DNA of 52,738 nt from a virus (lineage: Duplodnaviria; Caudoviricetes): positions 1 through 52,738 of IMG/VR virus record IMGVR_UViG_3300047550_006202; one strand, 5' to 3'. The translations under genes and the position numbers were made by a program. The notes under the pieces were generated by a model. It was not told the origin of the DNA. It searched no databases and saw only the letters and a list, made by a program, of their open reading frames with translations. This document shows positions 36,434 through 45,762 of this stretch, one piece after another (the stretch's first letter is position 1; every line of letters starts with the position of its first letter).

Positions 36434-36795
36434 TGGACCAATTCGCTACATTCGTCGGCACTCTGATGCAGAGTCGCAATCAGGTACACATATACCATTT
36501 GCAAACTGACTCTTATGCTGCACACGTAGCACTTCAAGGGTATTACGAAGGCATAGTAGATCTCATAGATGGACTCGTTGAATCCTATCAAGGCCGATAC
36601 GGAATACTTACCGGTTACAAAATGGCTGGGACCATAAAAGAGGACAACAATCCCATAGTATACTTTGAGGGCCTATGCAAATTTGTAGAAACCCTAAGAT
36701 CTCAGATCACCCAAGACTCGTATATTCAGAACCAGGTCGACGAAGTCGTGGCTTTGATAGAGTCTACTAAATATAAACTGAAACACCTCCACTGA
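36430..36795 (+). CDS. Dps/ferritin-like four-helix protein (DUF5856-like)
   Basis: HIYHLQT.SYAAHVAL..YYE...LIDGLVE.YQG pattern of Dps-like phage proteins. Confidence 0.75.
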   Translation: MMDQFATFVGTLMQSRNQVHIYHLQTDSYAAHVALQGYYEGIVDLIDGLVESYQGRYGILTGYKMAGTIKEDNNPIVYFEGLCKFVETLRSQITQDSYIQNQVDEVVALIESTKYKLKHLH

Positions 36796-37118
36796 TGGAA
36801 GAACTTCACGAAGGCCAATTTTGTCCGCAGTGTTTAGTAGAATATATACTAGAGAGGTGGAACAAGGGCGTTCTTGAAGAAGCGGAATACCAAGGAAGGA
36901 CAGTTCCACTTGGTAAACCGATGGCAGGAGACGTAAAGAAATTTAAGGTCTATGTAAAAAATAAAAAAGGTAACGTTGTCAAGGTAAACTTCGGACAAAA
37001 GGGCGTAAAGATCAAGAAAAATAATCCCGGAAGGAGAAAAAATTTCAGAGCTCGTCACCGTTGCGATACCGCGAAAGACCGAACCACCGCAAGATACTGG
37101 TCTTGCAGAAAGTGGTAA
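36795..37118 (+). CDS. Basic conserved phage protein
   Basis: LEEAEYQG...KKFKVYV...VNFG...RRKNFRARHRC...ARYWSC. Confidence 0.8.
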   Translation: MEELHEGQFCPQCLVEYILERWNKGVLEEAEYQGRTVPLGKPMAGDVKKFKVYVKNKKGNVVKVNFGQKGVKIKKNNPGRRKNFRARHRCDTAKDRTTARYWSCRKW

Positions 37119-37159
37119 GGCGTTATTGAATGTTTGTATTGAATATAATACTATGGACG

Positions 37160-37387
37160 ATGGCAGTAAACACTCAAACAACCTGGAGAAAAACACTGGT
37201 GGGGAATCTGGCGACATTCTGTTTGATGATGGCGATGTTTTTCAACCCTCTTGGATTCGACGTGCTTTTCAAGACCGTGATGGACTTGACAAACAGCTAT
37301 TGGATTACGGATTTTATTTTCTATGGCGCTGCACTATTATTTCTTGGATTATATATTTTATTGAAATCGTATTCTAAAAAACTATGA
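37160..37387 (+). CDS. Small two-TM membrane protein (holin-like size)
   Basis: Two hydrophobic helices flanking FFNPLGFD. In-frame ATG at 37160 preferred over TTG 37130. Confidence 0.6.
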   Translation: MAVNTQTTWRKTLVGNLATFCLMMAMFFNPLGFDVLFKTVMDLTNSYWITDFIFYGAALLFLGLYILLKSYSKKL

Positions 37388-38964
37388 AGCACCTCAAAAA
37401 AGTGATCGAAAAATTGATAACAGAAGAGTCTGAAGGACTTTGGAACAATATAAACAAGAAAAAGAAAGAGGGGAGACCTCCGGCTAGAAAGGGTTCGGAA
37501 GCTCATGAAAAAGCTGTAGAAGCAGGAGAAAAGATAAACAAAGCCGCAAACGAAGAGAAGGCTAAATTCACAGACAAGCACGACGATAGTCCTAAACTCA
37601 AAGGCGATCAGAAGAAGCTTCCCGATCAATTACAGGCCCAAATAGTTAAAAAAGAGAATCACGAAGGCGGAGATCATGAGGTTTCTATGGCCAATAACAG
37701 CTTAAGATCCATAGTCAGCAACGCGAGTCAACTCATAGACAAAGTGGGGCAAGACGAAAAAGACATTCCCGCTTGGATACAGGATCACATAGCGAAGGCA
37801 GAAAACTACATAGAACAGGCCAACAGTAACTATCACGAGTACGGCGAAGAAGATCACGAAGAATTGCCAACAGGCAATATGAAACTTATGAGTGCTCTTC
37901 AAGAGATTTACGACGAAGACGATATCGAAGAGGAAAAACTTGAAATTGGAGACGTCGTTTACGTTAGATATCCTAATCAGTACCAAGGCGAACAAGGAGA
38001 AATCGTAGAACTTAGCCGTGACGGCTCTTTCGTAACAGTGGAGATGCCCAACGGAGATACTGTTTCCATGCACTCTAGCGACGTAGAGTTGGCCAACGAT
38101 TCTGATTTTGACGACAATTTTGGCTACGACGATGAAGACTGGGATCTTGCCAGTGACGATAAACACCCTGGCGGTTTCCCTGGCATGACAGAGGCCAGAG
38201 ACATCAATGACCCTGCTCGCATGGCCTCAGCAGCTCGTATACATGCATTCAAACAAAGACAAGCGCAACCAAAACAATCTCTCGCGCGATTCGCGGCACA
38301 GAGAGATAACAATTTTGAAATAGAACAAGAGCTAAAAGCCCTAAAGAGAGAACGCTTCCAGTTAATGAGAGACATGGAACAGGAAGCCGAACCAGAAGGA
38401 GGTCCGATAGCGGACGAATACGGAGAAAGACTCAATCAAATAGATCAACAGATAGCAGATCTTGAGGCTCAACTTATCGGTCAAGGTTTAGAAGAAGATA
38501 CAATACAAGAGGCAAATGTCCCCAGCAACATTTTAGAGTTCGCTAAAAGAAAGGGCGTCTCCGCTCTAGTCCAAAAAGTCGCTCGTTGGGCCGAGAAAGC
38601 AGGAAAAAGAATCGTGGGAGGAACAGCGATAGGTAAAAACTATAACGCTCTAGTGTTAGATCTAACTTACAACGGTGGAGAGATTTACATAGATTGCTTC
38701 AAAAAACAGGTAAGAGTCAACGATCAATACGTAGACGATTACGATTCCTTTGAGTATGCTTTAGATCCCAGCAACTTCGACTCAGATGATGACTACGATT
38801 ATAACGACGGAATCACCTCAGACCCTGATCCACATCCAGCCGGTTTTCCAGGCATGACAGAAAAAACTGAGATCATAAAAAAGATCTTACAAAAAGAATC
38901 GAAGATGATTCAAGAAAGACAGATTGCAAAAACCCTTGTTAAAAACATAATCAAATCCCGTTGA
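37384..38964 (+). CDS. Modular internal head protein
   Basis: Small modules (GLWNNI, DHEVSMA, KOW/SH3-like, coiled coil) separated by xxE sites; two FPGMTE linkers. Confidence 0.75.
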   Translation: MKHLKKVIEKLITEESEGLWNNINKKKKEGRPPARKGSEAHEKAVEAGEKINKAANEEKAKFTDKHDDSPKLKGDQKKLPDQLQAQIVKKENHEGGDHEVSMANNSLRSIVSNASQLIDKVGQDEKDIPAWIQDHIAKAENYIEQANSNYHEYGEEDHEELPTGNMKLMSALQEIYDEDDIEEEKLEIGDVVYVRYPNQYQGEQGEIVELSRDGSFVTVEMPNGDTVSMHSSDVELANDSDFDDNFGYDDEDWDLASDDKHPGGFPGMTEARDINDPARMASAARIHAFKQRQAQPKQSLARFAAQRDNNFEIEQELKALKRERFQLMRDMEQEAEPEGGPIADEYGERLNQIDQQIADLEAQLIGQGLEEDTIQEANVPSNILEFAKRKGVSALVQKVARWAEKAGKRIVGGTAIGKNYNALVLDLTYNGGEIYIDCFKKQVRVNDQYVDDYDSFEYALDPSNFDSDDDYDYNDGITSDPDPHPAGFPGMTEKTEIIKKILQKESKMIQERQIAKTLVKNIIKSR

Positions 38965-40892
38965 AATCCGATAAAGACATATTGGCGGCATTGATTCTCA
39001 GAGAGGAGGAAGAGAACCCAGCGCTGCGCGTAAAGAGTCCTTTCGAAAGAGACCCAATGGGTTTCATACTTAGGAAATATACGACTTTGAACGATATATT
39101 GACTGAGCTCATGACCTCCGCCTTTCAGGATTATTTAAACGCCATATTCATAGTTGCTCCCAAACCTACTACGTTTAAGATACTTCTTCACAACGGTCAG
39201 TTCTTTTTCCTGACTTTTATGGGTAAAGCGTACCAAGCCACAGTCCAGGGTACCAATTACTACTTAATGACTATAGGCGAAAAAGAACGCTGTATGCAAG
39301 CCATCGCCAGACTCTTAAGATTTGGTAGCCCGTTGAAAACTAAGGGACCCGAAGGAGCAGAGCAGAGTACAGGAGATGGAACTACAGATACAGGTGAAAC
39401 TGGTGGAGAGGAAACTGGGGGTGCGGAAGCCGGTGGAGACACTGGAGGCGGTGACACAGGCGGAGGAGATACGGGAGGTGGAGAAACAGAAACGCTTGAG
39501 GAATCTAAAAAACCTTTGGAGAAACTCATACTTGAATCCCTTTTAAAAAAAAACTTAAATGAGGCCTCAGGAATGAGGGGTAGAAAAGTTGATTCTGCTT
39601 TTACCGATGGAAAAAAAACTCTGACTTTAGACACAGAGCTATACGTAAAATCCAAAGACAAACTAACGCCGCAAGAAAAGAAAGCTTTTTTTCAAAATCC
39701 TCAATTAGCGGATAAAAGACCTAATGTCGCGTTAGTTAAATTCAAAGACGATTCAGGTAAAACTGTCATATGGGCGAAATACGTCGATACAAAAGTACCA
39801 TCAATGGTTTCGTGGAAGAGTGACGGCACAGAATCACCGCCGGGAGATTACGAAAAGTACGGATTCAGAAACATTAAAGCTGTATCAGGAATAAGTCCGT
39901 CTGAATTGATACGCACTGAGAATCCTTTGGGATTAAAAGAGATAATAAGCACTGTTTCTAGAAATACAAAAGATACCGCGCTCATAAACGCCTTAAAAGA
40001 CTTAGCCAAAGGAAATTTGCCCACTATAGTTGGATACGCGGACAAGCTATCAGCTGTCAGAGACAATTTTGGAGAAATCATGGCGCCAGTGGCTCTTTTG
40101 AGTGGAAAAAATGTTGGAGGTAGTAAAGAAGCCGAGAAAGACGTTTTAGGCGGTAAAACTTTTAGTAGTGCGAAAGTAAAATGGCCCATGTCAAAGACCA
40201 CTGGACTCTTTGATAGTTACATAGTTACCTCAGCAAAACAATTCTATGGAGTAAGTAGCAAAGGCGCTAAGGGTGCACCAGCTTCTTTGTTGAATCTTGC
40301 TGATGGAATAAAAAAAGCTGAGGAAGATAGAGAAGATATTTCTAGATATATTGGATTTAAAAGGATGGTGGAGATCGTTAAACAATACGATTCCATAGAA
40401 GGCATATTCGAATTAGCTAAGATATATAATCCATACGAAGGTTATAAAAAGACCGATATCGATATTTTGAAAAAAGAGGTGATAGACTACAAAACGAAGG
40501 GTAAAACAAAGCCCTCAAATAACGCCTCAAATCTTGCTAAAAAGTTGTGGAAAGAAAATAGAAGTAAATTCCAAGTAAAATCAGGAACTTTTAATGTTGG
40601 CTACGCGATTCTTTCTGTGGTTGCTAAAGACGTGTGCAGAGTGATAAATGATAAGAAAGCTCTATCAGAGGAAGGGGCCAATTTCTCAGATTCGGCGAAA
40701 TACTTCATGAATAAGCTCAAATTCATGCAAGTTTATTGCAACGTTAAAAAAGAAGGGGATGACGTTAAAGTTACCTCGTTCGATATCGTATACACGAAAT
40801 CTATAACGGGCCAAGTGTTATTGTGGGCAGACAAAAATTATTTTGCGGGAGGTCCTCCAAAAGGAAAGCTTTCTTTCAAGGTGCCTCATTAA
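38961..40892 (+). CDS. Modular head protein with C-terminal PD-(D/E)xK-like domain
   Basis: TTG start overlapping the previous TGA; Gly/Thr/Glu linker; FGE...WP...LFDSY...VSSKG. Confidence 0.7.
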   Translation: MKSDKDILAALILREEEENPALRVKSPFERDPMGFILRKYTTLNDILTELMTSAFQDYLNAIFIVAPKPTTFKILLHNGQFFFLTFMGKAYQATVQGTNYYLMTIGEKERCMQAIARLLRFGSPLKTKGPEGAEQSTGDGTTDTGETGGEETGGAEAGGDTGGGDTGGGDTGGGETETLEESKKPLEKLILESLLKKNLNEASGMRGRKVDSAFTDGKKTLTLDTELYVKSKDKLTPQEKKAFFQNPQLADKRPNVALVKFKDDSGKTVIWAKYVDTKVPSMVSWKSDGTESPPGDYEKYGFRNIKAVSGISPSELIRTENPLGLKEIISTVSRNTKDTALINALKDLAKGNLPTIVGYADKLSAVRDNFGEIMAPVALLSGKNVGGSKEAEKDVLGGKTFSSAKVKWPMSKTTGLFDSYIVTSAKQFYGVSSKGAKGAPASLLNLADGIKKAEEDREDISRYIGFKRMVEIVKQYDSIEGIFELAKIYNPYEGYKKTDIDILKKEVIDYKTKGKTKPSNNASNLAKKLWKENRSKFQVKSGTFNVGYAILSVVAKDVCRVINDKKALSEEGANFSDSAKYFMNKLKFMQVYCNVKKEGDDVKVTSFDIVYTKSITGQVLLWADKNYFAGGPPKGKLSFKVPH

Positions 40893-40958
40893 ACGACGTA
40901 TCACTCGTACAATAAATTTTTTACTGTCAAGGTTTTGTAGTATATTGTAGAAAAAGTT

Positions 40959-41423
40959 ATGAACATATTCTACGTACAATCCGACCCCGTTCAAGCGGCC
41001 AAGGATCTCACAGACCAACACGTACTTAAAATGGGCATAGAATCGGCACAGATGCTAGCCACAGCCCACTGGATGAATGGATCTTTTGCACCCTACAAGA
41101 AAGCACACGTCAATCACCCATCGACCAAGTGGACACGCGAGTCCATACAGCACTATCGTTGGTTGGCCAAGCATGCTAAGGCCATACTACAGGAATTCAC
41201 AGCGCGTTACGGTAACGTACACAAGACTGAGCAGATCGTTGATTGGCTCATAGACAACGAACCCAACATCGAGGACCGAGGATTCGTACCTCCTCCCCAA
41301 TGTATGCCCGAGGAGTACAAAAATCCTGATACTATAGCAGCGTATCGTAACTTCTACATTAAAGACAAGCTTGGAGTCAAGAAGCTTAAATATGGTAAGT
41401 CCTCCCCGCCAAACTGGATCTAG
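40959..41423 (+). CDS. Pyrimidine-dimer DNA glycosylase family protein (DenV/Pyr_excise-like)
   Basis: MNIF...P...A...D.HVLKM..ESAQML...HVNHP...W...PQCMP...AYRNFY. Confidence 0.85.
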   Translation: MNIFYVQSDPVQAAKDLTDQHVLKMGIESAQMLATAHWMNGSFAPYKKAHVNHPSTKWTRESIQHYRWLAKHAKAILQEFTARYGNVHKTEQIVDWLIDNEPNIEDRGFVPPPQCMPEEYKNPDTIAAYRNFYIKDKLGVKKLKYGKSSPPNWI

Positions 41424-41458
41424 TGTTTTGCATATTTATAGAAAATGCGAATCCTAGA

Positions 41459-41800
41459 ATGAAATATGGCTGGAGAAATATATTGTTCCTAATACTATTT
41501 GGTGCAGTAGCATTTTACGTAGTATCAGATTATATTACTTCTAGGTCACTATCAGAAGAGTTTAAACGCGAATTACACAGGTTGGATTCAATATCTAATC
41601 AGTTGGAGAGTCAACAGATGTCTTACGATAGTTTAATAATTACCGAACAGGGTAAGCTAGAAGAGCTAGAAGTTAAGTTGGGAGGAATAAAAGATAAAAC
41701 CAATCAACTAAACAGAATGTATAAAGATCTAAAAGATAAGGCCGATAAATATACGCCGACTCAGATAGATTCCTTCTTTAGACAACGATACAAGTATTAA
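41459..41800 (+). CDS. N-terminal TM plus coiled-coil protein (i-spanin-like)
   Basis: In-frame ATG 41459 downstream of ATATTTAT at 41432-41439; TM ILFLILFGAVAFYVV followed by a long coiled coil. Confidence 0.65.
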   Translation: MKYGWRNILFLILFGAVAFYVVSDYITSRSLSEEFKRELHRLDSISNQLESQQMSYDSLIITEQGKLEELEVKLGGIKDKTNQLNRMYKDLKDKADKYTPTQIDSFFRQRYKY

Positions 41801-41801
41801 T

Positions 41802-42191
41802 ATGAAAACTCTACTGCTTCTATTGCTAGCTTGTCCTTTTGTGTATTCGCAATCTCAAGACACAACAAAAATACCTGTTCCAATCGCCAAAGAAATCGTA
41901 AAAGATTTGATGGACCACGACAGATTAAAACAAGAGGTAAAGAACTTCGAAGAACACATCGATGTATTGAACCAAAAGTTAATAGTAAAGGACACTATCA
42001 TTAACATTCATAAGAAAAAAGAGATCACTTACTTGAAGCAAGTGGAGACTGAGAAGCAAAAGACAGAGAATTGGAGGAATCAATACGAGGACGTTTACAC
42101 AAAGTACATGGTTCAAAAGGGTTTCAATAAAGTTTATAAGTACAGCAACGTAGTTCTTGCGATCGTAATTGGAGTCGTGCTAATAAATTAA
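41802..42191 (+). CDS. Signal peptide plus coiled coil plus C-terminal TM protein (spanin-like)
   Basis: MKTLLLLLLAC... signal-like N-terminus and C-terminal VVLAIVIGVVLIN. Confidence 0.6.
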   Translation: MKTLLLLLLACPFVYSQSQDTTKIPVPIAKEIVKDLMDHDRLKQEVKNFEEHIDVLNQKLIVKDTIINIHKKKEITYLKQVETEKQKTENWRNQYEDVYTKYMVQKGFNKVYKYSNVVLAIVIGVVLIN

Positions 42192-42192
42192 T

Positions 42193-43785
42193 ATGTCCCA
42201 AAATTCTCAACAAATACGCGATAGAATAAAAGAGGAATTCCTCAAGTGTGCCTCGGATCCTGTGTATTTCATGAGAAAATACTACATGATCCAACACCCC
42301 ACACGGGGTCGTCAACTCTTTGATCTATATCCATTTCAGGAAGGCACACTTAAGCTCTTACAAACTCACGACTACGTCATCATAAACAAATCCAGACAGC
42401 TCGGAATATCCACACTCGTGTCCGCTATATCCCTGTGGATGATGCTGTTCAATAAAGATAAAAACATTCTGGTGGTAGCTACAACCCAAGCTACAGCCAA
42501 AAACATGGTGACCAAAGTGAGATTCGCTTATCAAAACCTTCCTACTTGGTTGAAGATAGGCGCACAAGAAGACAATAGACTTAGCTTACGTTTGATAAAT
42601 GGATCTCAGATAAAGGCAGTATCAGGTGCAGGAGACGCCACTCGATCAGAGGCTGTGTCGCTCTTGATCATGGACGAAGCGGCGTTCATTGATAGAATAG
42701 ATGAGATATTTACTGCAGCTCAACAAACCCTTGCCACCGGTGGTCGATGCATAGCGTTATCCACCCCTAATGGCGTAGGTAACTGGTTCCATCAGACCTA
42801 CACAAAGGCGCAAAAGAAGGAAAATAATTTTTTACCGTTATCATTACCGTGGACAGTTCATCCTGAAAGAGATCAAGCTTGGAGAGAACAGCAAACTAAA
42901 GAATTAGGAGTAAGGAACGCGGCGCAAGAGTGCGATTGTGACTTCGCAACATCAGGAGCCACTGTCATAGATCCAGAGATCATGACTTGGTATGAAATGA
43001 ACATGATATCCGAGCCTGTAGAACGCAGAGGCATGGATAAATCTCTGTGGATTTGGGAATATCCCGATTCTGTTAAACATTACGCGGTAATTGCTGACGT
43101 AGCGCGCGGTGATGGAGCTGATTACTCTGCTTTCCATGTGATAGACATAGAAAACGTTTCTCAAGTAGCTGAGTTCAAAGCTCAGATTGATACACGAGAA
43201 TTTGCAAATGTGCTTCTTTCCGTGGCAAATGAATACAATCAAGCATTACTTGTTGTAGAAAACGCAAACATAGGTTGGGATGTTTTACAAACACTCATAG
43301 AAAAGGGATATCCTAACATCCACTATAGTCACCGAATGGAAACTGATAGCAGTTTTGAGAAGTATATTGACAGATTCGATAAGAACTCAGGAATGGTACC
43401 AGGTTTCACTATGACTCACAAATCTAGACCTTTAGTGATAGAAAGATTGCGAGACTTTGTTGAAAATAAAGTGTGTACGATAAGATCCATAAGGTTATTG
43501 GAAGAAATTAGGGTCTTTATATGGAAGAATGGAAAACAGCAGGCTATGCAGGGATACAATGACGACTTAGTCATATCTTTTGCTACGGCTATGTATTTAA
43601 GAGAGACCTCCCTAAGATTTAGAAAAACAATGGACAATTTGACCGCTGCGGCTTTGAATAGTTTTAACAAGACTTCAACGCCTCAACCATACGGGGGAAA
43701 CAATACTGGACAACCGAATCCGTGGTTAATGAATTATCATTCTCCCACAGGGGAACAGAGCGAAGATTTAAGATGGCTACTATAA
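42193..43785 (+). CDS. terL: Terminase large subunit (T4 gp17-like)
   Basis: KSRQLGIST (Walker A), LIMDEAAF (Walker B), STPNG, ADVARG.G.DYS, GYNDDLV. Confidence 0.97.
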   Translation: MSQNSQQIRDRIKEEFLKCASDPVYFMRKYYMIQHPTRGRQLFDLYPFQEGTLKLLQTHDYVIINKSRQLGISTLVSAISLWMMLFNKDKNILVVATTQATAKNMVTKVRFAYQNLPTWLKIGAQEDNRLSLRLINGSQIKAVSGAGDATRSEAVSLLIMDEAAFIDRIDEIFTAAQQTLATGGRCIALSTPNGVGNWFHQTYTKAQKKENNFLPLSLPWTVHPERDQAWREQQTKELGVRNAAQECDCDFATSGATVIDPEIMTWYEMNMISEPVERRGMDKSLWIWEYPDSVKHYAVIADVARGDGADYSAFHVIDIENVSQVAEFKAQIDTREFANVLLSVANEYNQALLVVENANIGWDVLQTLIEKGYPNIHYSHRMETDSSFEKYIDRFDKNSGMVPGFTMTHKSRPLVIERLRDFVENKVCTIRSIRLLEEIRVFIWKNGKQQAMQGYNDDLVISFATAMYLRETSLRFRKTMDNLTAAALNSFNKTSTPQPYGGNNTGQPNPWLMNYHSPTGEQSEDLRWLL

Positions 43786-43794
43786 TATAATAAA

Positions 43795-45729
43795 ATGGCA
43801 GAAGAAAAACCAAACATTCAAACCAACCTTTTTGGCGCACTGCGCAGGTTGTTTTCCACTGACGTTATCATTCGTAACGAGGGTGGTGGAGCAATAAAAG
43901 TACTCGATAGCGGTAGAATACAAACGAGTGGCGTACTGCAAAACAATAGCCTAATAGACAGATTCAACAAGGTCTATACGACTTCTACGGCTTACGGCGT
44001 AAACTTAAATCTAGCACAGAACTACCAATCTGCGCGAGTACAAATTTATGCAGACTACGACGCCATGGATACGGATGCTATAGTCGCGTCCGCGTTGGAT
44101 ATTATTGCTGATGAGTGCACATTGAAAAACGAACAGGGAGAAGTACTCCAGATAAAATCGTCTGACGAGAACATTCAAAAACTTCTGTACAACCTTTTCT
44201 ATTCTGTACTTAACATAGAATTTACCCTGTGGTCTTGGGTTAGAAACATGTGTAAATACGGAGATTTTTATCTTAAACTTGAAATCGCTGAGAAGTACGG
44301 TATATACAACGTAATACCATTTTCTGCGTACAACATAGTCAGACAAGAAGGATACAATCGGGAAAATCCAAGCGAAATTAGATTTAAATACGATCCAAAT
44401 GCTGCGCTCGCTAGTACAACCGCGGCTTATACCTCCGCTTACAATAATCAAGACGTAGGAATATATTTCGAGAATTACGAGATGGCTCACTTCCGTTTGA
44501 CTGGCGACGTTAACTATTTGCCTTACGGACGTTCGTACTTAGAACCTGCTCGTAAACTATTCAAACAATATACTCTTATAGAGGATGCAATGTTGATCCA
44601 CAGGATCGTTAGAGCGCCTGAGCGCCGTATATTTTATGTTAACGTTGGAGCTATACCGCCCGGAGAAGTTGAAAACTTCATGCAGCGAATGATCTCCAAA
44701 ATGAAGAAGACACCTTTGGTAGATCCGCAGACCGGTCAGTACAATCTTAAGTATAACGTGCAAAACATGTTAGAGGACTACTTCATACCGGTTCGTGGTA
44801 ACGATCAATCAACTAAGATCGATACAGCTAAAGGACTTGAATATAACGGCATTGAAGACGTTCAATACTTCCGCGAAAAACTTTTTGCAGCGCTTAAGAT
44901 CCCCAAAGCTTTTATGGGCTACGAAAAGGATTTGACAGGTAAAGCTACGCTTGCGGCAGAAGACATCAGATTCGCTAGAACAGTAGAAAGGATTCAGAGA
45001 ATCATAGTCTCTGAGCTCACGAAAGTGGGTCTTATACATTTGTACGCCCATGGATATACAAACGAATCCGCAGCGAATTTTACGCTGTCCTTGACTAATC
45101 CATCTATAATATACGATCAAGAGAGAATCGCTCTATTCAAAGAAAAGATTGATTTGGCTACCCAAGCCCTTGATGCTAGACTTCTTCCGAAAGACTTTAT
45201 TTACGATAAGATATTCCACTTCTCCGAAGATCAATACGCAGAAATGGATCAGCAAATAGTAGAAGATCAAAAGAGAATGTTCAGATACGAACAGATCAAA
45301 GCGGAGGGCAATGATCCTGCTGAAACAGGTCAGGCATTTGGCACTCCTCACCAATTGGCAGGTCTATATGGAGGTAAGGGCGATATGACCCTTGACGTTC
45401 CAACTGGATACGATGAAAACAAACCAGAAAAAGAGTATGAGAGCCCTGGTCGCCCTCAAAAATATAAATCTTCTAGAGGGACAGACGCTTCACCCTTTGG
45501 CAGAGATGCAATGGGAAGGTACGACATGAAGTCGAATGCTGAGACTGGAGAAGACAAATTGAGATCGGAATACAAACCGTTTGGTCTAACTTCAGAGAAC
45601 GCAATGTCAGAATATCTGAAGAATAAAGCCCTATTAGAGAAGATGAACAAGATGAACAAGAGAAAAGTGAATCTTTTTGAACAGCCGGACGTATTGAACG
45701 AGGATAATATCCTAGACGATCAGGATTAA
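43795..45729 (+). CDS. gp20: Portal vertex protein (T4 gp20-like)
   Basis: EDAMLIHRIVRAPERRIFYVNVG and MLEDYFIPVRG; directly after TerL. Confidence 0.96.
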   Translation: MAEEKPNIQTNLFGALRRLFSTDVIIRNEGGGAIKVLDSGRIQTSGVLQNNSLIDRFNKVYTTSTAYGVNLNLAQNYQSARVQIYADYDAMDTDAIVASALDIIADECTLKNEQGEVLQIKSSDENIQKLLYNLFYSVLNIEFTLWSWVRNMCKYGDFYLKLEIAEKYGIYNVIPFSAYNIVRQEGYNRENPSEIRFKYDPNAALASTTAAYTSAYNNQDVGIYFENYEMAHFRLTGDVNYLPYGRSYLEPARKLFKQYTLIEDAMLIHRIVRAPERRIFYVNVGAIPPGEVENFMQRMISKMKKTPLVDPQTGQYNLKYNVQNMLEDYFIPVRGNDQSTKIDTAKGLEYNGIEDVQYFREKLFAALKIPKAFMGYEKDLTGKATLAAEDIRFARTVERIQRIIVSELTKVGLIHLYAHGYTNESAANFTLSLTNPSIIYDQERIALFKEKIDLATQALDARLLPKDFIYDKIFHFSEDQYAEMDQQIVEDQKRMFRYEQIKAEGNDPAETGQAFGTPHQLAGLYGGKGDMTLDVPTGYDENKPEKEYESPGRPQKYKSSRGTDASPFGRDAMGRYDMKSNAETGEDKLRSEYKPFGLTSENAMSEYLKNKALLEKMNKMNKRKVNLFEQPDVLNEDNILDDQD

Positions 45730-45762
45730 ATATCTGTATATTTATAGCTAGATCATAACGAA

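Noticed and set aside
37126-37377. Alternative + frame ORF overlapping the small membrane protein
   Set aside because: The 37160..37387 frame gives a coherent two-TM protein with an ATGA overlap to the next gene; this frame does not.
42193-45729. Intein or intron in terminase or portal
   Set aside because: Motifs are contiguous and lengths ordinary; no splice-junction or LAGLIDADG signature seen.
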